DNA of 64,000 bases from Phyllobates terribilis (lineage: Eukaryota). The position numbers and the translations under genes were made by a program. Location: positions 893,482,001 through 893,546,000 of the forward strand of contig NW_027362763.1 of NCBI RefSeq assembly GCF_046119375.1. Reading direction: 5' to 3'. Within the stretch, counting starts at the first letter, position 1. Every line of letters starts with the position of its first letter. Of the stretch, positions 46,283 to 60,699 are shown in pieces. The notes below the pieces were generated by a model that saw only the letters and a list, made by a program, of their open reading frames with translations, ran no database searches and had not been told where the DNA came from.

Positions 46283-46895
46283 GTAAGAAATATTTTTAGA
46301 TTTTCAAATCCTATGTTTGTATGATCTTCAGTATCAGTCAACATCATAGAGAAAACAATACATACCAATAGCTGGATATCTGTGTCATGTATACTTTGTA
46401 AATGAATTGTATTGGAAAACATTGTCGCTTGTTAAGTACAGGGAAGAAGGGGAAACTGTAGATTTTAAACCTTTTGTTCTAAGAATTTCGGCATCATGAC
46501 ATTATATATTCAGAGATCTTACAAAGTGGTCCCATTTTTCATTAAACATATGGTTATTTGAATTTTTGGATTGAAAGTATTGGGCTGTATACTTAGTCAC
46601 CAGTACTGTAAGTAGCACTTTTATGTTCATCCCTTAGCCAGTGGGCAAAGTTCAAAGGCAATGTAGGTCCATCTTTGGTTAACCTATACTTATAAGTTAT
46701 AATACTGAGCATCTAGTCATTCCTAAAATGGGGTCTGTATAAAAAAACTTTAATAGCTTGTTCATACAAAACAGTGATCAGGAAAAGTTTCTCCATAAAT
46801 CCTTAGAGAATTCAGTTTACGACCTTAAAGCACTCTTCACATGAAATGACAGTGAGATACGGGAACAGCTGAAAAAGGTTTACTTCTTGAAATAT

Positions 46896-46936
46896 TACCT
46901 GATGAAGGAGTCAACCCGACTTCGAAACGTGTTGTA
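46896..46936 (+). ncRNA. Minimal Penelope-type hammerhead ribozyme motif in VIP intron 2
   Basis: TAC-CTGATGA-A-GGAGTC-AACCC-GACTTC-GAAAC-GT-GTT-GTA: core boxes, 6-bp stem II, 3-bp stem I and a very short stem III. Confidence 0.45.
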
Positions 46937-47279
46937 TAAATGAATAATGATCCAGAGAACATACACCCTTGTCCTCACCCTTTAGCTGAGCCTGTAAATC
47001 ACTGCTCTTTTTTTCTGTTTGGTTTGAATACTTCTTGAAATAGTTACCTATATGGATTGGAATGAACAAATGAGCAGACACAGGGTATGCATTCTGCTGA
47101 CAGAGGGCAGCAGCGGGGGAAATACCCAAACAACTTCAAGTCTATGTTTGGAGCACTCCCATTGCCTACATTACTGCTTATGAAATGGTTTGAAACAAAC
47201 TCTTTAATTTAAAGAACAGCAATTCATATTTATGCATAGTGATACTAGTAATTTCTCTACCGACATAACTATTGACACA

Positions 47280-47697
47280 TATACACCCTATACTTTAACA
47301 AACACCATATATTACACCCTATACTTTAACAAACACCATATATTACACCCTATACTTTAACAAACACCATTTATTACACCCTATACTTTAACAAACACCA
47401 TTTATTACACCCTATACTTTAACAAACACCATTTATTACACCCTATACTTTAACAAAGACCATTTATTACACCCTATACTTTAACAAACAACATTTATTA
47501 CACCCTATACTTTAGCAAACCCCATTTATTACACCCTATACTTTAACAAACACCATTTATTACACTCTATACTTTAACAAACACCATTTATTACCCCTAT
47601 ACTTTAACGAACACCATTTATTACACCCTATACTTTAACAAACATCATTTATTAGTCCCTATATTTTGACAAACACCATTTATTGAACCCTATACTA
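47280..47697. repeat. 31-bp minisatellite (~13 units), VIP intron 2
   Basis: TTATTACACCCTATACTTTAACAAACACCAT repeated. Confidence 0.95.
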
Positions 47698-49171
47698 TGG
47701 TTCATAACATACAGTATGCTTCAATAGGCTGCCAGAATTCTTCAGCTGTATCTAATTCTACATACAGGTTAAGAAAATGCAATGAAAGTCAATAATATTT
47801 AAAGCGAGTGCATGATCAATTGTAACCTTGATCCACGGCTTCACCAGACCTTGCAATAATATGTTAATTACAGTAAGATCATTCAACATGATTACTTTGA
47901 GTATATAATTTTATCTACTAATGTCGCATTTACACCAGTATTACAGATTGCAACAGACAATATTATTTCACTAATTTATATTATTTTGTTAAAATTCTGA
48001 AAGGTTAGAGAGCCCCACACTTAGCTAGCATTCAACAAACAACACAAATGAAGATGTCTTGCATCTATTAGTATGTTCTTTATTGATTAGGTGCTAACCC
48101 ATGACTGGTGGACACAAAGGGAGCATTCGACAATCTGCACAGTGACTTATATCATTTAATCAATATTAAGGACCCATGCAATCACAATGGAGCTTCCCAT
48201 TTGAAGAACGTATCCAACCTCTCCCTTATAATTGTGACTCAATTGATTAGGAGTGGTATTTTGAAAAGCCATCTTTATGCTTAGGGTATATTCTCTTCTT
48301 TTAATACAGTATTAAATGGATTGTCATTTTTAGGTAACCTATTAAGGCATTCTGAGTTACTACAGGAGAGCCCCTCATAAATAGTATTTTTTCAATTAGC
48401 TAGAGATGAAAGTGGCTACAAAGAGGGTTTCGCCTTCTTCAGGGGATCTATCATTTCATTCATAGTACAGGTAGCCGAGTGAATTAGTGGTCAGTATGGC
48501 ATATTTCGTTTCACCCATGGAGGGACAGATGGGCAATTACACTCATGTTTCCAGGTTTACCAGCACATTATAGCTAACTAATGAGTATTTCAGCAGAGAG
48601 ACCATAGGGTAGATATGAAAACAGTCTAGAAAATTGCGTTTGTTCCCCATAGTAACCAATCACAGCACAGTTTTCATTTTATATTCTGCTGTTGAAAAAT
48701 ATAGCATAGCTGTGATTGGTTGATATGATTTACAAAGATGCTTTCTTTTAGACCATTATCATAAATCTCAACTCTAGTTTTCAGCTTATTTTAAAATGAA
48801 CCACCTAGATACGTACCAATACTTTCTGACCAGAATTTGGGACATTTAAGTTCCACCCCGCAGCCTTGCTGATGGGACTATTCCTACAAAATTCTAGCAA
48901 GAATGCTTCTAACAAAGAGGGATTGTGTAAGTGTGCAACTCCTTTGATATATTTTCATTAAATAAATTATTGATTTCAATTTCTACATGTATTTTTCCAT
49001 TGGTCTGAAGGGAATGTGTCATCATTAGAAATACTGAGATGTTTGAACAGGCAAAACAAGAGGCTGGGTTTTTATGTTTCACAGACAAGATACATTTCCA
49101 CAATTATATATTATATCAAGTGAGATAAAAATGTTTACTGACAGAGAATGTAAGATGTTTTTAAGACTTTT

Positions 49172-49518
49172 TTAAAAGGGGTTTTCCCTTTTCAACCTTT
49201 TTTTTTACAAATTTGTTCTTGACACGATGAAATGTTGGTACTCACCCTCCTGCGTCTCTGCCTCTGCTCTGGCTTATATGTAGCGGTGAGATTACATAAG
49301 CAGCACTGCAGCCAATCACTGAGCTCAGCTGGCTCCATTTTCGGAGACTCTGAACTCAGTGACAGACTGCAGCGCTGTAGATGTGACATCTCCGCTTTTG
49401 CTTTTATACAATCGGCAGAGCAGTGGTGGAGGCTGGACCGGGGGAGGGTAATTTCAAGCTGATTTTATTATTTTTAACGCTGCCAGGAAAAAAATTTGAT
49501 ATGGAAAAACCTCTTTAA
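49172..49518. mobile_element. T2/Kolobok MITE (similar MITEs at ~50085-50967, ~51380-51925, ~53108-53480, ~54463-54766, ~57030-57815, ~42960-43330)
   Basis: TTAA-A(A)GGGGTTTTCC ... GGAAAAACCTCT-TTAA termini. Confidence 0.65.
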
Positions 49519-49661
49519 ATTGCTCACAGTATAACAATTGCTTTAAGGGTGTACTGATATATATAGAAATCATTAATTTAGCTTTATGGGTAATATACAG
49601 GATGATTTGTATTGCATTCACTATTAGGTTTCATATAACTAATATATATCACTACTTTTAG

Positions 49662-49802
49662 GCTTGGAAACAGATTGTCATTTGAGGGAGCAAATGAAGC
49701 TGATCAGACACAAGGGACATTAAAACAAGAAACAGACATTTTACAGAACACTTTACCAGAGAATGACAAGTTTTTTCTGGACATGGCACAAGGAGTTGGC
49801 AG
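49662..49802 (+). CDS. vip: Prepro-VIP coding exon 2 (gene exon 3; N-terminal propeptide)
   Basis: TTTTAG|G-LGNRLSFEGANEADQTQGTLKQETDILQNTLPENDKFFLDMAQGVG-AG|GT. 141 nt, phase 2-2; similar to avian preproVIP. Confidence 0.9.
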
Positions 49803-50185
49803 GTATACCAAATATCTGAGCTATATGTTATATTTAAATTCATTGGTTTGATAAGCTATGGATGATTTGCTCTGCGTATTCATTATCAAAGGCATCAATG
49901 CTTTTTATTTTACAGATTAAGGTAGATTCTTAAAGTATATTATTACAATTCTGATATGTTTAATGAATCTTCATATATAGATTTGTGGTGTCAGTAACAT
50001 GGTGTATAGTCATTGAACAGCAAATTATTATCATTAACACACAGCGATCAATATGTACTGACATTTGTCATAAAACTTCTCTTTCAAGGGGTTGTCCCAT
50101 AAACAACATTTTGTACCTATTCACTGGATAGATAATAAATGTATGAGTGCTAGAAATCCTTCTGCTGAGGCCATTAATGATCCCA

Positions 50186-50764
50186 TGTCACACAAGGTGT
50201 GGGAAAGACTAAGTGCGAAAAGAAGGGATGAGGGCAAGAGAGCCCAGAAACTAGGGAAAGGGGGACTGGAGGCCTCCTAGGCTGATCTGATATCACCCTT
50301 TCTCCCATATCGTCCCTATATTGGATCCTCACCAATCGCCGCACAGTAACCTAAACCCTATATTTTCCTAGAGCTTGGCCCTGGATGGGAAAGTGGGCGT
50401 GAGCACTAGTCAGTCCTCACTAACAACTAAAGACAACAAGGGAGACAACCACGGGGGAAAGTAACTTAGCTTGAGCCGACTTCAGAGAGATGACACCACA
50501 TGTCCTCTTAGCACCAGAGAGGAAGTAAGCAGACTGCAATAGCTCCAAGCCTTCATAAGGGAGCATGTAAATATCACTGGCACCTGACTGGAGCAAACAG
50601 AACGTATTTAAAGACCCAGGCCAGGGTGTCAATTAGCAGGAGGGAGGTAGCCACTGGGTCCTAGAGTGAGACAGATCTAAGAAGGTGTCTGTAATGCCAA
50701 ACAAAGAGATCTTCTGCAACCAACTTCAGGGCGACTGTCTGTCACATCTGACACACCCGTGACA
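50186..50764. mobile_element. Solo LTR (579 bp) nested in a T2 MITE, VIP intron 3
   Basis: TGTCAC...GTGACA termini with 5-bp TSD TCCCA. Confidence 0.8.
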
Positions 50765-52773
50765 TCCCAAGAGGGAAGGCCAACGCCTTCTATGTTAATA
50801 TAGTGGTAGTGAAATGTCATTATGACCATTCATATGCTTACAACTGTTCCATTCATATGTGACAGTGGCCCACACTCTCAGGATCTGAGGGGGTGCCAGT
50901 GATCATACATGTATCACCTATACAGTGGGTAGGTAATGTATGCTATATATGGAACAACCCCTTTAAATGCAAGGATTAATAGATCTTAATTTAATTCTTT
51001 TGTCATGGGAAATACAAACATTCAACCAGTATAAGCCATTTAATTCATTCTCTACATTCACATCTATACTGAATAAAAGCACAGAGACAACGACAATGGA
51101 CAGAATGGAAATGTTGGCCACTGTTTTGTCTTGGAATGAAGTATGTGTTGTCCATCCAGTAGGGTTCTGAGTGCTTCAAGGTAGAATAGAGGGACTAATA
51201 GATGTTAGTAGGGGTTACTCAGGATGGAAAAATATAATACAGGTGCTCCTTTATGGCAAAAATAGTAGTAATTACTGCTATAAACAAACAAACAAACCCT
51301 CTGAATATTCATGATAGATAATCGAAACCTGTAGTATAACCCGTTTTTCTGATGCATTTTCAGAGATAGCTGAGCTGAATTAAAGGAGACCTGCCATGTA
51401 CAATGACGCTAGTAACCTTCAGATATGGGGTAAATCTGCAGGTTAATAGCTTTTTAACATCACGTGCCACCCGCACTGAGTGCCCCGCTTCCGGGAGGAA
51501 ATAATTTTATTTCTCTTAGCAGCATTTGGCGTTCAGTTATAGTGGTAGCACTGGCATGATTTTAGTCACCTCTCTGTGATTAAAGAGCGGCGGATGTAAC
51601 CACGCCTCCGAGACTGACTGACAGCCGGCCCTAATGATGAGCAAGCTATCAGTCAGTGCCGGGGTGTGGTTACAGCCACCACTCTATATGCATTGAGCGG
51701 TGACTGAAACCGCATCAGCGGCATCCCTATGACTGAATGCCAGACGATGCCAGGGGAAATAGAGTTAATTTCCTCCCAGTAGTGCAGGCACCACATGGTG
51801 TGAAAATGCTATTAACCTGCAGATTAACCCCATATATGGGGTTAATAGGTTAACGCTATTAACCTGCAGATTAACCCCATATCTGCAGGTTAATAGCATT
51901 ATTTTACATGACAGGTTCCATTTAGCTCTGCACTAAATCAAGTACATCATGGGTAAATCTAATGCAGAAGGTCTTGTTACAGTCCTTTGTAAAACCACAA
52001 CTAGAGACAATACTAGGACCCTGACCAGCAGCCACGTCAGCTATCTGTGTCTATCAGATGGGAGCGCTGCAAACCGTCTCTTATGTGATAGCATTGCCCC
52101 TCCTCTTTTGATCAGCCTACCTAGCTTGACGTCATTTTTGTAGTGTGACACGTGTCTTCGCGACAGGCCGGCTAATCGAAACAATAACCATGGATGTCAC
52201 CAGGTAGAAGCAGTTCTCAGGACTTCCCACTGGATTACAGGTTACTGACCTAATCGATTCACACCATCTCTAACAATACATATTTATACCACACTTGGGT
52301 TGGTCAAAATGACAATTACTGCTCTGTTGCATCTATGTAATGTATATTACTATGGCCTGGCAACTACGGTTCCATATAATGATTATTTTTGAAAAATTCC
52401 CACAAATCCCAAAAATGATAAAATTATGTCCATGTATGTGAAAAATTATTTGTTACTAAATATCAAAATCTTGAGAATCATGTTGAATTAATACTTTTTC
52501 AAAGGATGTCATACAGACCATCATATAGCTAGCATGAACCAGTAATAAGCCTAGCAAGAAGGGGAAGTGAAGGCTGAAATGTAAAGAAATAATTTTTCTT
52601 TAATATGTTTTGGATCGAATAATACTGAATAAACCTTGCCTACAGACATTTTAATCCCAGATATTTACTATGGTTCAGTGTTGACATCCTTTTTTAATAC
52701 CTTGAAGAATTAATTAGAATATTATACTGCTTTGCCTAATGATGACATGTTTAAACTTTTTTAATGTTGCCAG

Positions 52774-52878
52774 AACATCACGACATGCTGATGGACTTTT
52801 CACTAGTGGATATAGCAAGCTCTTGGGTCAACTGTCTGCAAGAAGATATTTAGAATCTCTAATTGGCAAGAGAGTCAG
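52774..52878 (+). CDS. vip: Prepro-VIP coding exon 3 (gene exon 4; PHI peptide)
   Basis: TSR-HADGLFTSGYSKLLGQLSARRYLESLI-GKR-V. 105 nt, CAG acceptor, AG|GTGAG donor. Confidence 0.97.
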
Positions 52879-55333
52879 GTGAGATTTAGTAATATATCTA
52901 TTATAGTTCTATAAATGTAAATGTATAAACCACTGTAGAGCCCACAAATATATTCTTAGAATGGAAGCTAGTAAAATTCTAAGAATGGATCCTTGAATTT
53001 TAATTTACATCACACATACTCAATTAACAAAGAGAATATTAAACTGCCTGTTACACTAACAACTAATGTTATTTGTGGACCAAATCCATTAAACACAAAA
53101 TGCCCTTTAAAGGGAACCTATCACCATCAAAATGCAGCCCAATTTGTGGGCATCATCTTATATAGCCGGAGGAGCTGAGCAGATTGATATATAGTTTGGT
53201 GAGAAAAGATTCAGTATAACCTGTGTTTTAATCATGTAAACCTTTGCTCTGGGGTTTTTAGTCCAGGAGGCGGTCCTAACAGTGACTGACAGCTATCTCT
53301 TTATGCAGAATTTTACAAAGAAAGCTGTCAGTCACTGATAGGACCGCCCACTGGACCAAAAATCCTAGAAAGAGGTTTAAATGATTAATACACAGGTTAT
53401 ACTGAATCTTTTCTAACAAAACTATTTATCAATCTGCTCAGCTCCTCCTTGTCACATGGTGCCTGCAGATTGGACTTTAAAACTATTCTAATATACAAAA
53501 ATCACATAACACAGTTTAGAGACAATGACCACCAATTCATCATTGTTGTTTCTCCACTTTTTCTAGAGTAAATTGCTCCCTATTAATGCGTTTTTCATTT
53601 GTGCCTTATTCTTTATATTTTTTGGGCCACTTTTTAAGATGTTTTTCTTTTGTAACTCCGTCTTTATTTTTCCTTGACAACTTTTCTTATCCAGATCATT
53701 CATGAAATAAGATTTTTACCAAATGTCACATTTTTTTCTCCTGGCAGAGTGAGGGTTTTGGAGAAGTTTTCAATTTGGCACATTTCTTGCAACTTTTTTT
53801 AAAAATTCTGTGGGTTTCTTGGAGCTAAAAAGTCTCAAAAACAGATTAAAGAAAAAGAGAATTTTTTATTTTGTGCCAAATTCATGAAATTTTTGCACCA
53901 TTTTTGAAGAATTTGTCACAACTAATGTCAGTACCACAAAGCAAAAAAAACAGATAAGCGATTTACATTGGGCCCGATTCATCATTTGTGATTTATGTAT
54001 CAAGGTTTCTTATGCACCATAATAAGATAACGCTGTGTTCATATTAGCACCATGACTTCCATTATTTTGGGAGCTATGAAAATTTTCATACATTTCAAGA
54101 AGAGCTCAAGAAATGTTCATGAGGTCCATTAACATTGAATGAGTCCATCAGGTTTCTGATCGTTTTCAAGTCTTTTAAAGGCAAGAACAGGCTATAAATT
54201 GAATTAATAGATATTCCTTTCATCAAATTAGTAAAGACACCCAATGAAATCAAACTTGGCATCTGTGTAAAGAATGCCTTCATATCTCAGAAGCTTTTTA
54301 CAGTTTTTTTTTTAAAATGTCCAGCTTTGTAATAGTTTTAAATATAGATGTTATGATAGACATTTATGAACACGAGTAAGGGTTTTTCAGGAAAATAACT
54401 TTGCCTATGGAACTTGCTATCCTTCATTTCATATATAACATGTTTATAAATATCTAAAAGCTTAAAGAGGTTATCCACTGCTTTCTAATATAATCTGATC
54501 AATGGGGGTGCGACACCCAACACCCCCACCGATCTGCTAGTATCAGTGGCACCTGGAAGTTCTTGGATGCTGCTAGAATATAGTAATTCCTTAAAAACTA
54601 TAGTGGCCATGGATGGGTGCTACAGATCCAACCCTATCATATGAATAGTGGATTGATCTGCAGTACCCAGTTATGTCCACAGTAGAACTGATAGAGCTGC
54701 GTGCTGGGTGTCACACCCCCAATGATTACACCATCAATAAAAAAAAGTAGTGTTCAGCCCCTTTAAGAGTAAATTATGTCATAGAAAGGACATGACCCCT
54801 AAAAAGTTGGAAGCACTTATATAACCAGATGTGTAACCATTAAATTATTTGAGCACAGTCTGTGATTTGGGAAATCATAGAATAATTTAGAATTTAGGAG
54901 GTTATATACAAGCTTCAGTTTAGAAATGTATCGAGTAAGCAAAGATTTCAATTTCAAGATTCAGTGGTAAAATAACTAACCAACAAAATATATACATATA
55001 ATTAGTTTTTTTAAAGGAGAAAGTTTTATATTAATGTATTTTACTAATAGCTAACAATGTAAAATGGTAGATCTATCATTTAGAATCATCGAATATGTAA
55101 CTCAAATAAACAAATGTATTACATTGTTGTTGAAAGATAAGAAAATATTAGTAAAAATGTGTGTAAAAATGAATTAACACATATTTTTTGTAAATTTTTG
55201 TCAATGAATCAGCAATATAAAATGTATTACTCATCTTATGAATAATGAGAAAATTAATTTTATATTCTTTTTTTACTGAGAATTTTGCATTGTTCCATTA
55301 TGATTTTTTTGTGTTATTTTTTCCCTTTATCAG

Positions 55334-55465
55334 TAACAGTGTTGTGGAAGATCCAGCCCCTGTGAAACGTCACTCTGACGCTGTCTTCACCGATAACTAC
55401 AGCCGATTTAGAAAGCAGATGGCAGTAAAGAAGTACTTAAACTCAGTTCTCACTGGAAAAAGAAG
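55334..55465 (+). CDS. vip: Prepro-VIP coding exon 4 (gene exon 5; VIP peptide 55371-55454)
   Basis: [33 protein letters not shown]. 132 nt, phase 2-2. Confidence 0.98.
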
Positions 55466-56198
55466 GTATTGATGGAGCAGCAGAAGGACTTTAATTAAAA
55501 TACCCCTACCTCTTAGAATTGCAGTGGGACAAATACATCTACTTAGTCATGATTGTCATTATCTAGCGGGATTAATTTGGATACTTTACAGACAAGTGAA
55601 ATGATTGCTATGTTCCGCATCTAATGGGAGAATCCATATAAAGAACATTTATTTTTTGTAGTGTAATAGTGGCTATCAGTAGTAATAGGAAACAGAGACA
55701 ACGTCTTAAGAGATTTTTTTATCCACATACTTTGCATGGTCTTTTGCTTATTACCATTTCTTTATTATTTTCTTTCCATTGTTTTACATGGCTTTAAGCA
55801 TCCTATGGTTAACTGAATATGAGACTGATAATAGATTTTTCTTTTTAATAATGCTGTAACATATATAAAAATATATTGTACAGAGAATTAAGTTTATAAA
55901 CTATGAGCACTATAATAACTATGAGTAATATAATTCATACAGACTGAAAGTAATTAGTTTATAGCATGCAATTTCTTGGTTGTTCATAGAGTATGAAATG
56001 CATGGTATGTACATACCTTTGGTCCAGGTTCTATTTCCCAGGTGTTATCAAACAAGATGAAATGTCTTCTAATACAAAGTGGGTGTACCATTTGGATATT
56101 TTGTCAACACCTGTATAAGAAAATGTAGTACTTATGTTCCTTTTGCAAAAAGAGATAGTGACAATCATATAAAGCAAGCTACTTCTTACTTTTCATAG

Positions 56199-56313
56199 TC
56201 AAGAGGATATCAATCCTTCAAGTCTTCGAGAAGATGCCGATCTAAGTCAAGCCCCATATTCAGAAAACTATGATGATGCCACCATTGATGAGTTGCTGAA
56301 CCACCTACCATTG
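56199..56313 (+). CDS. vip: Prepro-VIP coding exon 5 (gene exon 6; C-terminal peptide)
   Basis: SQEDINPSSLREDADLSQAPYSENYDDATIDELLNHLPL|GTATGT. 115 nt; resembles the avian C-terminal extension. Confidence 0.9.
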
Positions 56314-58264
56314 GTATGTCATTCATTACTGGTTATATGTCCCCACTGAGTCTTATCTTATCATAGCTTACTTTTCTGTGCATCAATAATTAATTTTATT
56401 GTAGACTTCTTAAACCAACTGCCTCAGACACTAGTGAATGTGCTTTTACTATAAGCAGTCCTTTGTCTAAAGGATGAGACATTTCCGAAATATATTACGT
56501 TTAGGAAAATTGATTTCCAAAGCAGTATAATATAACACAGTAAAAAAAAATATTTTCAAATGATATATTATTGTATTTTTCATCTCAAGCCCACTTGTAT
56601 GGCCACACATGTGCATGATCAACTGTGGTATAACAATATTTAAAAAAAAGGATATGTCAAGATTTAGCTTTTTTCCCATCCATAATCAGTTACTTCACTA
56701 GGTTATACTACAGTTCAAGTAAACTCAGCAACAATAAAGCAAATGGCGCAAAACATCTGTTTTATGTAAAATTTATTTCGGCTGACCATCTGTGATTATC
56801 TGTAAACCATGTTAGAAGCAAATACTTCACTGAATACTAAAGCCTACAGTATTATATTAATTGTTTTTGTAACATTGGTTATAATTGCTTTAAAATAACA
56901 TTCAAACAGCAGCACCAACACAATAAAAAAATAAAAAGTACATTTTTATAGGCATCTGGTGCTTGTTTAAAAGTCTCTTATGTCTATATCCGATTCCTAT
57001 ACATTATCTTACTAATTCCACTTTTGTTACAGAGGTGGTCTGAAATACAAATGAATATTCATCCTAAATCCCTATCTATTTAATGCCATAATCGAAACTA
57101 TTTTCTAATATATTGTAGTTAAAAATCTCCTATCCTTCCTTAACTGCACTATGTAACTGCTTTTCTTTTTTCCCCTACTTCCTTTTTGATGATGCTTCAT
57201 TTGAGAATCCCAGTGCTGGGAGCGTCATCGGGGGCAGAGGCTGCGGCCACTGATCATCATTTCAGGGGCTGCATTAGTCCCTGTTCTGTCACTGTGCAAT
57301 GTGCACAATGAAAGCTTTCTCCCTCACCAGCTCAGATCAGTAGTAATGTGCTGGCAACAGAGCGCACTGTCAGTGCGCGATGTCAGAATACCCCCACTTG
57401 CAGTGGTGGTGCTGTTCTCTGCATGCTGGGTTTTCTGACAATGTGCACTGACAGAGTGCTCTGTTGCTAGCTCGTTACTACTCATCTGAGCCAGCAAGAG
57501 AGAGCACTGTCATTGTGCACATTGCACAGTGACACAGCAGGGGCTAGGCCAGCCCCTGACACGAAAGTCACTGATAATATTTTGTTTCAGCCTCTGCTCC
57601 CTGATGATGCTTCATTTGAGTATGCCAGTATGCACTGGGGATTCTCAAGCAAAGTATCATCAAATAAGAAATAGGGGAAAAAAAGAAAAACAGTTAGATT
57701 GTGTAGTAAGATAAGGATAGGGAATTTTTAATAAAAGTATATTAGAAAATAGTTTAGCATTAAATAGATAGGGATTTGGGATTAAAATTAATTTATGTTG
57801 TAGACCACTCCTTTAACAATCTAGTTTTGCCGTTTTTCTTGTGAGAGGAGTCCTACATAGGTGATAGGATGAGACACTGTTGGAAAAGGCCTTCTCTCCA
57901 AATACCCCAAAGCAGTCACATGGTCAGCTTGTATTATGTATATTATATCATGTCTTAACATGTTTGTATGATCAAAGTTTTGCTATGCAAATAGCATTGA
58001 ATGCCACCTGGCAATGTTCAAACAGAGCATCGCCCACCTCTATACCCTTAGTTAATGGTAATATAACAGTTCCATCAGTCCTTCTCAACTCTAGCATTAG
58101 ATAGTCCAGTCACTAAACTGATGATCAGGAACTATGCATGCTGTTTGCAACTAGTTATACTTATGTGACTTTTGTAGAAAGGAATTCTAGTTATGTATTT
58201 GAAAAACTGTTTTCTAATAGAGACGATGTATTTCTAAAATTCTTTTCTCTTCGTTCTCTTCTAG

Positions 58265-58273
58265 AACCTTTGA
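58265..58273 (+). CDS. vip: Prepro-VIP last coding bases (NL-stop), start of exon 7/3' UTR
   Basis: Pyrimidine tract + CTAG acceptor, then AAC CTT TGA. Total CDS 609 nt = 202 aa. Confidence 0.75.
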   Translation, partial: NL

Positions 58274-58530
58274 AGAACGCCTTTTCGTTTAATCAGAAGA
58301 TCAAGTTTACTATATTTTTTGAGTTTGACATAGTATTTCAAAGAGATTACTTCTGTATTCAAACCAAAACCAATTGTCGTGAGGTGAAAATTGTGGCAAA
58401 TATGTTCTTATATTTACAAGTTGATGTTTACACTGTAAATATTACTTTAGAGATCTCTACCTAAAGCTGTACATAGATATGCAAATTCATGGAAAGCCTG
58501 TGATTTCATATGCTTCAAAATCTTTGTTTC

Positions 58531-58536
58531 AATAAA
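58531..58536 (+). terminator. Candidate VIP polyadenylation signal (others at 58562 and in 58930-59490)
   Basis: AATAAA ~260 nt after the stop. AU-rich sequence follows, so the site used cannot be determined. Confidence 0.45.
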
Positions 58537-60699
58537 CGCATTTGAAAGATGAGCGCAGAAAAATAAAGGACAGTCTCACGCTTTTTAGGATCAACTTAAA
58601 TACAAATATTGTATTGAACCCATAAAAAAGGCTGAAGGCTGAGTTAGGCCAAGTGTAGCCTTGTGAAGACATCCCAACTTACTCCCGGTTAAATTAGAGA
58701 TACCTATACCTTCATGTAGCAGAACAAAAGGTAACATCTTTGTCCATATCGGCCAATGACAGTTTAGTTGTTCTTCAAAACTGCACTGTAAAAATAAGTG
58801 ATAGGTTCTGGTTGGCTCTTTGGGTCTACAAAATCATTTTATTCCTATGTTTTGGACATGAGGCGGGACCCACCCTGTCTTGTCTGAGCTTCATATTCAC
58901 CCTTAAAAACTAGATTGGGTTTTGACTACAGAATAAATCTTAAACTCCAAAGATAATGAAATATATGTCTATTTTCCAAAATATATACACGGAACTTGGC
59001 CCATATAAATAATGCATCTTTTCATGATTTGTATTTAACCTTTATTTATTTTTTAAGATTTTGATAATTTCGATAAAATTTAAAGGCTGAATGTATCTGT
59101 CATTTTAATGTTATAATGTAAAATGCTGAGGATCTTAAAAGGTTAAGAAATGCCTAGAGGAAGATAGACAGAAGAGATTTGTTTAATGTAAAAATTTATC
59201 TACAGCATAAATATTCCGAAATTAAACTGTGTATATCTTTGCTGATGACAGCATTACTTATATATAAAGTGGATAATGGGAAATTATAGTATTTTTTCAA
59301 AATGAATGTAACTTATGAAATATGCAGATAATAAAGAGATTTTATCATCACTGCAAATTCGAATGGTTTTGCATTTGGCTTGTGTCATTCTGTCTTACAA
59401 GATGAGACCATGCTTATAGCTGTCACTGTTTTACTCCCGATACCTGCACTTTATATATAACACAATATATGTAAGGTCTAAAAATAAAAGTTAGTTATAT
59501 TGTGAGTTGCAATAATTTGGCAAAACTATCTAAAAGAAAAAGTGTTTTTGTTGCCAAACTGAGCTCTGATTGGTTAATTTAAGCAATAGATGCACTTTTT
59601 CTTCTAGAAACTTTAGATGATGAGGCCTACTATCGTTAATTACAAAAGTGGTTATACTATAGAATCTGTCTCAAAGAATCTAAAATTAATTTGATACAGC
59701 AGAATAAATGCAAACATTGGAATCAGTTTAAAGGCATACCTCAGAACTGTCCTGGATCAAGCGGGACAGTCAAAAATATGGGGAGCTGTCCCGGCTTCAA
59801 CTATATCTGTGTCCTTAAGAGACACATACAGTTGAATATAATGGTGGAACAAGCAACCATTAGATCACTACTCTGCTATGCAGTCTAGGAAAAAACTGAA
59901 GGATCTGCAAGACCTTAAGATCACGTGACTGGCAGCAGAGACAAGCTCAACAGAGAAGCAATATACACCGGAGAATGGAATGCTTTGCAGGGGCATCATA
60001 CTGTGTTGAGTGGACAGGGGGGCATCATACTGTGTTTTGGGCTGTGGGGGAAAGTACTGTGGGGACATCATGTTGTGTGGGGGTATCTACTGTAGGGACA
60101 TCATACTATGTATGGGGGCCGTGTAAGCATCATACTATGATTGGGGGTGCTCTGTTATGGCCATGAAGGGTATACAATACTGTGTGGGAACACTTATGAG
60201 CTTCACTATGAACAATATTTTTTGTTTGGCCACATTTAAAGGACTTCAGGCTAGAATACTGGCTCAGCATAAAATAAACATTTCCTTAGCACACTATGTC
60301 TACCACAGTGTGTGTCCCTTTTATCTTTTAAAGCATTTATAATCCAGCAAACCACACAAATTTTATAGGGATATTTCATTTGTAGCCAAGTTATTCAATG
60401 TGAATTGAATATTACTGTTCTTCTTATGCTTTGAAGTTTCTCCAGACCCCAGAGTGTAATAAATATAGGGCATAAAAAAAATAAATATATACTCACTTCA
60501 CTGGTCACCTGTCCCCCTGCCTCCCCAGCCCTTCGCCTGGTCTTCTGGGCCTGTTCTTTTACCCTGTAAAGATGTTCGCTCTGATGGCACAGCACTCAGG
60601 GACATCAGAGTCCAGTGACTTTGTCAGAGGCAAATGCAGTCTACAAATGTGTTTATGTCCACAGCAATGCCAAAATTCTCCTAGTATAACAAACTATTT

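Noticed and set aside
55245-55472. 75-aa ORF as a stand-alone VIP precursor
   Set aside because: It is intron sequence reading into the VIP exon; the splice sites define 55334-55465.
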